NCBI GenBank assembly: GCA_036165695.1
Contig: JAYZIH010000019.1
Coordinates: 1-39,066, forward strand
Direction of reading: 5' to 3'
Source of the DNA: Pseudomonadota bacterium
Lineage (GTDB): Bacteria > Pseudomonadota > Gammaproteobacteria > Poriferisulfidales > GCA-002705445
Length of the DNA: 39,066 bases
Made by a program: the position numbers and the translations under genes. Below, in pieces: positions 34,744-39,066 of the stretch. Under the pieces are notes generated by a model. That model worked only from the letters and a program-made list of their open reading frames with translations, was not told the origin of the DNA and did no database searches. Position 1 is the stretch's first letter. Every line of letters starts with the position of its first letter.

Positions 34744-35958
34744 ATGTCATTATTATGGGAAGATCCAATAGCAAATTCTTTAAAAGAAGAAAAGAGCGCT
34801 GATAATAAACAAGAAGCTGTTACACCTCCAACTATTGCGCATGAACCGGTAGTTGCCCAAGAAAAAGATATTAAACAACCACCTTTAGATGCTTCTACAG
34901 ATACGGCGGGGAATACCGGTCTTGAAAGTATAGAAATGGGAGCAAAAAGGATACAGGTTGATGATAAGCAAATAATTAATTGTAGGGCAGATTTAAATCA
35001 ATTAGTGCCTTTTAAATACGAGTGGGCTTGGCAAAAATATTTATCTGCTTGTAATAATCATTGGATGCCGCAGGAAATTAATATGACGGCTGATATAGCA
35101 TTATGGAAAAATTCTGATGGGCTAACTGAAGATGAAAGACTTGTGGTTGAGAGAAATTTAGGTTTCTTTTCAACAGCAGATTCTCTAGTTGCTAATAACC
35201 TTGTACTTGCTGTTTATAAACATATTACTAACCCAGAATGTAGGCAATATTTGTTAAGACAGGCATTCGAAGAAGCAATTCATACCCATGCATATCAGTA
35301 CTGTATTGAATCATTAGGCCTTGATGAGGGTAAGTTATTTAATATGTATAGAGAAATACCGTCTGTAGCTACTAAAGCAGAATGGGCATTACCTTATACA
35401 CAAAGTCTTGGTGATATTAATTTTAGAACTGGTACACATGAAAACGATCAAAGATTATTAAGAGACTTAATTGCATTCTATGTTATCTTTGAGGGAATTT
35501 TCTTTTATGTAGGATTTGCCCAAATACTTTCAATGGGTAGAAGAAATAAGATGACTGGCGTGGCTGAGCAGTTTCAATATATTCTTCGTGATGAATCAAT
35601 GCATATGAATTTTGGAATTGATGTCATTAACCAGATTAAGATAGAAAACCCAAATCTGTGGACTGAGGATTTCAAAAAAGATATGGTTAAATTAATTCTA
35701 GAAGGGGTTGATCTTGAAACCCAATATGCATATGACACCATGCCAAGAGGAATTCTAGGAATGAATGCCCCAATGTTTGAAGAGTATTTGCATTATATAG
35801 CTAACAGAAGATTAACGCAGATTGGCCTTGAAGAGCACTTTAAAGGAGCAAATAATCCATTCCCATGGATGTCAGAAATATTAGATCTCAAGAAAGAGAA
35901 AAACTTCTTTGAGACTAGAGTTACTGAGTACCAAACAGGTGGTGCATTAAACTGGTAG
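34744..35958 (+). CDS. nrdB: ribonucleoside-diphosphate reductase class Ia beta subunit
   Basis: 404 aa with di-iron/tyrosyl-radical motifs ([19 protein letters not shown]). SD AGGAGG upstream. Confidence 0.95.
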   Translation: MSLLWEDPIANSLKEEKSADNKQEAVTPPTIAHEPVVAQEKDIKQPPLDASTDTAGNTGLESIEMGAKRIQVDDKQIINCRADLNQLVPFKYEWAWQKYLSACNNHWMPQEINMTADIALWKNSDGLTEDERLVVERNLGFFSTADSLVANNLVLAVYKHITNPECRQYLLRQAFEEAIHTHAYQYCIESLGLDEGKLFNMYREIPSVATKAEWALPYTQSLGDINFRTGTHENDQRLLRDLIAFYVIFEGIFFYVGFAQILSMGRRNKMTGVAEQFQYILRDESMHMNFGIDVINQIKIENPNLWTEDFKKDMVKLILEGVDLETQYAYDTMPRGILGMNAPMFEEYLHYIANRRLTQIGLEEHFKGANNPFPWMSEILDLKKEKNFFETRVTEYQTGGALNW

Positions 35959-35968
35959 GCCTTCGATT

Positions 35969-36928
35969 CTAGTCTTTTATATGTACTCTCTTAACAGTAA
36001 ATCCATATTGGTTTTCTAAGAGATATAAAACACCCTTTTTCCCAAGAAGATGCATAGCACCTACTGAAACAAATGTGCCTCCTTGCCCTTTAAACATATC
36101 TAGACCATATAAAAATGGCAGATTCATATAATGTGCCATTACAACATTTCTAATATAAATACTATGTTTCATATATGCATCGTAATGAGCTTTTTTATCG
36201 GAAGATTTATCAATAAAACTAGTACTGATTTCTGTGAGCTTTACAAGATCCTCTTCTAAATAAGCAGAAACCATACCTTCTAATGTGTCATTAATATGTG
36301 GAAATGCATTTATTTTATCCTTTAATAAGGAAACTTGTGACTCCATCGGCATTGCGTAAAAAGCAGCCAATAGTTCCTCAGGGGATTCAATTTGGTATAT
36401 CTCTTTATTTTGGATGCTCGCTAGATCAAGAAGTTTGTGATCTACAATTGGACCACTATGTTTTGATTTAGCAGCTATGCTAAACATTGCAGCCCATGGC
36501 TTAATGTGTTTTGCATATTTTTCATTAACCCCATTTTTAGTTAATAGTGCATACACTTGATCAGCAGTTTCCTTTCCTGCAACATCAGCAAGCGTCTTCT
36601 TTTTAAACATCATACGTTTCTTTATATTTTCAAACCCATGATAAGGGTTCCAAAGGTGGCTACTTGGGAATGCCTCAATAGAATAGCCTTTGGACTTATA
36701 GAAAATATCCATAACTTTTTTTGGAACTCTAGTAACCCTTTCATCATTCATGTGAATTGTGCCGTATATATGTCCAAGCATTTCCCCATCCTTACTAATT
36801 TCCCAAAATAAACCTTTTGAATATGGCGGAGGCGTTGTTGCTACTATATATATACTTGCTGAAAAGAAAGCTACTAGGAAAATAACTGTTGATAAACTGG
36901 TATTCTTATTCTTCATTTTTTTCACCAT
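35969..36928 (-). CDS. TraB/GumN-family protein
   Basis: 319 aa with an N-terminal hydrophobic anchor or signal. GTIHM near the N-terminus and VGAMHL near the C-terminus are typical of TraB/GumN. Confidence 0.7.
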   Translation of the reverse strand: MVKKMKNKNTSLSTVIFLVAFFSASIYIVATTPPPYSKGLFWEISKDGEMLGHIYGTIHMNDERVTRVPKKVMDIFYKSKGYSIEAFPSSHLWNPYHGFENIKKRMMFKKKTLADVAGKETADQVYALLTKNGVNEKYAKHIKPWAAMFSIAAKSKHSGPIVDHKLLDLASIQNKEIYQIESPEELLAAFYAMPMESQVSLLKDKINAFPHINDTLEGMVSAYLEEDLVKLTEISTSFIDKSSDKKAHYDAYMKHSIYIRNVVMAHYMNLPFLYGLDMFKGQGGTFVSVGAMHLLGKKGVLYLLENQYGFTVKRVHIKD

Positions 36929-36952
36929 TTTTTAGATTTTACTAAGGATACA

Positions 36953-36982
36953 TAAAAAAAACGCCCTTGTAAAAAAGGGCGT
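36953..36982 (-). terminator. rho-independent terminator downstream of the AlkB-family gene
   Basis: On the - strand, ACGCCCTT-TTTTAC-AAGGGCGT (8 bp stem) is followed by T7. It lies 24 nt after the stop at 37006. Confidence 0.75.
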
Positions 36983-37005
36983 CTTCATTTCTTTTAGCAG
37001 AGAAT

Positions 37006-38160
37006 TTATACTGTTTTATATCCAGCAATTTCGTTCATTTCTCTTGCTATTTTTAACTCGCCTTCAGATGCTTCATTCTTATCCCATTTAGCCAAATGTT
37101 TTTCCATTAATTTATGGAACATTGGTGGGAAAAGTGCTAAAGCAAATAAAGTAAAGTAACCACTACCAGAGTTTGGTGCTCCAACTTCATCTAACTCCCA
37201 GAAGTGTGTTTCACCTCTATCATGATGGTCTGCTTGTCTTCCAATCTCAATGAAGAACCAGCTTGTGAATAATGTTGAATTATCCCAGCTATGTCTGTAA
37301 TCAATTGGAGAACCTTTTTCTCTAATTAGACCATAGTGCTCTAAGTAGTTTAATGCTTCTAACTCAAAGTTTGATATTAACCATATCAAAGCCATGCATG
37401 CAATACCTGTCCAACCACCTGCAAACCAAAATAGAGCTACAGTTGGTACAGCCATGAAGTAACCACGAATCCAACGATTCTGCATAGAAAGGAAAGGTAC
37501 ACCCAATCTTCCTAAACGTTGTTTCTCCATGTTGTAAAGGAATTTACTTTGCCCTAAACCACATCTTGGGTAATGAGCATATAAGCTTCTTCCTCTTGGT
37601 GCAGTTGCAGGATCGTCATCACAACCTAATTCAAGGTGATGGTTGTATACATGTGCATAGCAGAAATGTGCTTTTCCACTTAACGCCATCATCCATCTTG
37701 AAATAAGGAAACTAAATCCTTTGGTGTGTGATAATTCATGACCATAGATGATACCGATTCCAGCAAATACTCCAGTTGAAACTACAGCGCCAACTAATTG
37801 TGATGCAGTTATTCCGGTGTAATATGCCATACCAAGAAATGTAGCGGTTTCACCAGTAAATGGTATACCGTTTACATATTGATAAATTCTCCAAGCAATA
37901 GCTAGTTGAAGAAGAACAAATACACCTAACATTGCATACATAGTTGCGTTTAGTAACCATGGAACACCGTTAGTATCGCCATTTTCATCAAACCCGGCAC
38001 CAAGCGTTTGTACAGGTGTTATAGTGTCAACTACAATTCCAACACCAAGTAAAAAGACCCCTGTCCATACCCATGGACCACCAGCTATAACACCAAACAT
38101 TGATGCTAATATAAGTAGTGGCGCTAGGTAATAACGCGCATTTATTAAAAATTTTCTCAT
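37006..38160 (-). CDS. AlkB-family integral-membrane di-iron hydroxylase (alkane 1-monooxygenase-like)
   Basis: 384 aa carrying the histidine boxes HELSH and HVYNHH (followed by DPATAPRG), the AlkB-specific NYLEHYG, and QADHHD. SD GGAGG lies 5 nt upstream. Confidence 0.8.
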   Translation of the reverse strand: MRKFLINARYYLAPLLILASMFGVIAGGPWVWTGVFLLGVGIVVDTITPVQTLGAGFDENGDTNGVPWLLNATMYAMLGVFVLLQLAIAWRIYQYVNGIPFTGETATFLGMAYYTGITASQLVGAVVSTGVFAGIGIIYGHELSHTKGFSFLISRWMMALSGKAHFCYAHVYNHHLELGCDDDPATAPRGRSLYAHYPRCGLGQSKFLYNMEKQRLGRLGVPFLSMQNRWIRGYFMAVPTVALFWFAGGWTGIACMALIWLISNFELEALNYLEHYGLIREKGSPIDYRHSWDNSTLFTSWFFIEIGRQADHHDRGETHFWELDEVGAPNSGSGYFTLFALALFPPMFHKLMEKHLAKWDKNEASEGELKIAREMNEIAGYKTV

Positions 38161-38188
38161 CCCTACCTCCAGTCAAGACACGAAAAAT

Positions 38189-38219
38189 AAGTTTTTAAAA
38201 ACTTGGTTATTCAATAACC
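38189..38219. repeat. two abutting perfect palindromes in the alkB-like/fabA divergent intergenic region
   Basis: AAGTTTTTAAAAACTT (38189-38204) is a 16 bp perfect palindrome. It is followed directly by GGTTATT-C-AATAACC (38205-38219), with 7 bp perfect arms. Confidence 0.5.
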
Positions 38220-38344
38220 TGACTCCACTATATCAAAAAACACGAAAGTAGTAAATTTTACGTCCTATGCAAATAATGAACATATTTTACTATACAAATA
38301 GTGGACATCCTTGTGCTAAAGTATAAGATAACGGGAATATATTT

Positions 38345-38863
38345 ATGAGTCAAAAGAAAAAATCGTATACAAATGAGGACCTTATAGCATGTTCTCAAGG
38401 TAAAATGTTTGGTGAAGGGAATGCCCAGTTGCCAACTGTAGGTATGCTTATGTTCGATAGAATTGACTTAATTCAGGAAGATGGGGGCAACTATAACAAC
38501 GGTATTATTAAAGGCACCCTCAACATTGATCCAGAACTATGGTTTTTTAAGTGCCATTTTATAGGGGACCCGGTTATGCCAGGCTGTCTCGGATTAGATG
38601 CCATGTGGCAACTTGTGGGCTTTTATCTTGGATGGTCAGGATTTCCAGGCCGCGGTAGAGCACTTGGAGTTGGTGAGGTTAAGTTTACTGGACAGGTGCT
38701 TCCAACAGCAAAGGAAGTTACATACCATATTCATATAAAACGACTTATCACAAGAAAGCTTGTCATGGGCATTGGAGATGGAATTGCGTATGTTGATGGA
38801 CGAGAAATATATGTAGCTAAAGATTTAAGAGTTGGGCTATTCACTTCAACAGAAGGATTTTAA
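38345..38863 (+). CDS. fabA: 3-hydroxydecanoyl-ACP dehydratase/isomerase
   Basis: 172 aa with the FabA active-site region [24 protein letters not shown]. Confidence 0.95.
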   Translation: MSQKKKSYTNEDLIACSQGKMFGEGNAQLPTVGMLMFDRIDLIQEDGGNYNNGIIKGTLNIDPELWFFKCHFIGDPVMPGCLGLDAMWQLVGFYLGWSGFPGRGRALGVGEVKFTGQVLPTAKEVTYHIHIKRLITRKLVMGIGDGIAYVDGREIYVAKDLRVGLFTSTEGF

Positions 38864-38865
38864 AA

Positions 38866-39066
38866 ATGGCTAGTAAAGAAAGTTATTTAAATTCTACTGG
38901 TTATATATTTACCCACTTGCCAGCACCTTCTGAAATTGAAACGCAACTTAGAGAAAACTTTTCTAATTTTGATATATCTGGGACAATTTTAATTTCAGAA
39001 GAAGGGATTAATATTAATTTGGCAGGGTTAGAAGCACAGGTAAAAGCTGCTGAGGATTCTATTATC
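38866..39066 (+). CDS. rhodanese-related UPF0176/TrhO-like protein (partial, N-terminal 67 codons)
   Basis: Not in the ORF track. ATG 38866 is open to the window end: MASKESYLNSTGYIFTHLPAPSEIETQLRENFSNFDISGTILISEEGININLAG. This matches the YceA/TrhO N-terminal pattern (Y.F..l.....l...l......l.G.i.ia.EGIN). Confidence 0.5.
   Translation, partial: MASKESYLNSTGYIFTHLPAPSEIETQLRENFSNFDISGTILISEEGININLAGLEAQVKAAEDSII

Noticed and set aside
34744-34950. The roughly 65-residue low-complexity N-terminal extension of NrdB, considered as an anomaly or mis-called start.
   Set aside because: As far as I recall, Pseudomonas-type class Ia NrdB proteins, which partner with the approximately 960 aa NrdA, carry a similar acidic extension beginning M.L.W(D/E). 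The AGGAGG SD fits this start. It is therefore probably a family trait.
1-39066. Search for a CRISPR array, other cas genes, transposases, integrases, tRNA or rRNA genes, prompted by the Cas6-like ORF.
   Set aside because: Every intergenic gap is shorter than about 200 bp and none shows regularly spaced direct repeats. No ORF resembles Cas1-5, Cas7, Cas8, Cas10, a transposase or an integrase, and I saw no tRNA-like cloverleaf regions. This was a by-eye scan only, and short degenerate repeats could be missed.

Overview
This 39 kb window is a gene-dense bacterial chromosome segment that is visibly AT-rich (about one third G+C by eye, not computed). Gene content suggests a sulfur-oxidising gammaproteobacterium of the SUP05/Thioglobus/vesicomyid-symbiont type; this is inference only. 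The centre is a complete oxidative-type dissimilatory sulfite reductase locus, dsrABEFHCMKLJOPNR (14065-26318, + strand, tightly coupled). It is followed directly by a kinase with no sensor domain (HAMP/HisKA_3) and a NarL-type response regulator, then a small membrane ORF, a tandem-rhodanese sulfurtransferase and bioA. The left flank holds ilvE, an Fe(III)-type ABC transporter, ilvD, a 2H phosphoesterase, an alpha/beta hydrolase, a Sel1 protein and a TrpD2/YbiB-like protein, then about 4 kb of poorly assignable genes. The right flank holds coq7 coupled to a mini Fe-S protein, a candidate sRNA, an orphan S24 peptidase, nrdAB with tandem NrdR boxes, TraB/GumN, an AlkB-family hydroxylase, fabA and a partial trhO-like gene. 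I saw no rRNA, tRNA, transposase, integrase or CRISPR array. The best candidate for an undescribed system is the six-gene operon 13916-11258 (- strand), transcribed divergently from dsrA. It combines a TauD-type dioxygenase, an orphan Cas6/Cmx6-like RAMP protein with an intact glycine-rich loop, a DsrC paralogue lacking both redox cysteines, and three small proteins I cannot place. The 148 bp control region it shares with dsrA contains a 7-2-7 inverted repeat of the kind bound by NarL/LuxR-family regulators, and one such regulator is encoded at the 3' end of the dsr locus.
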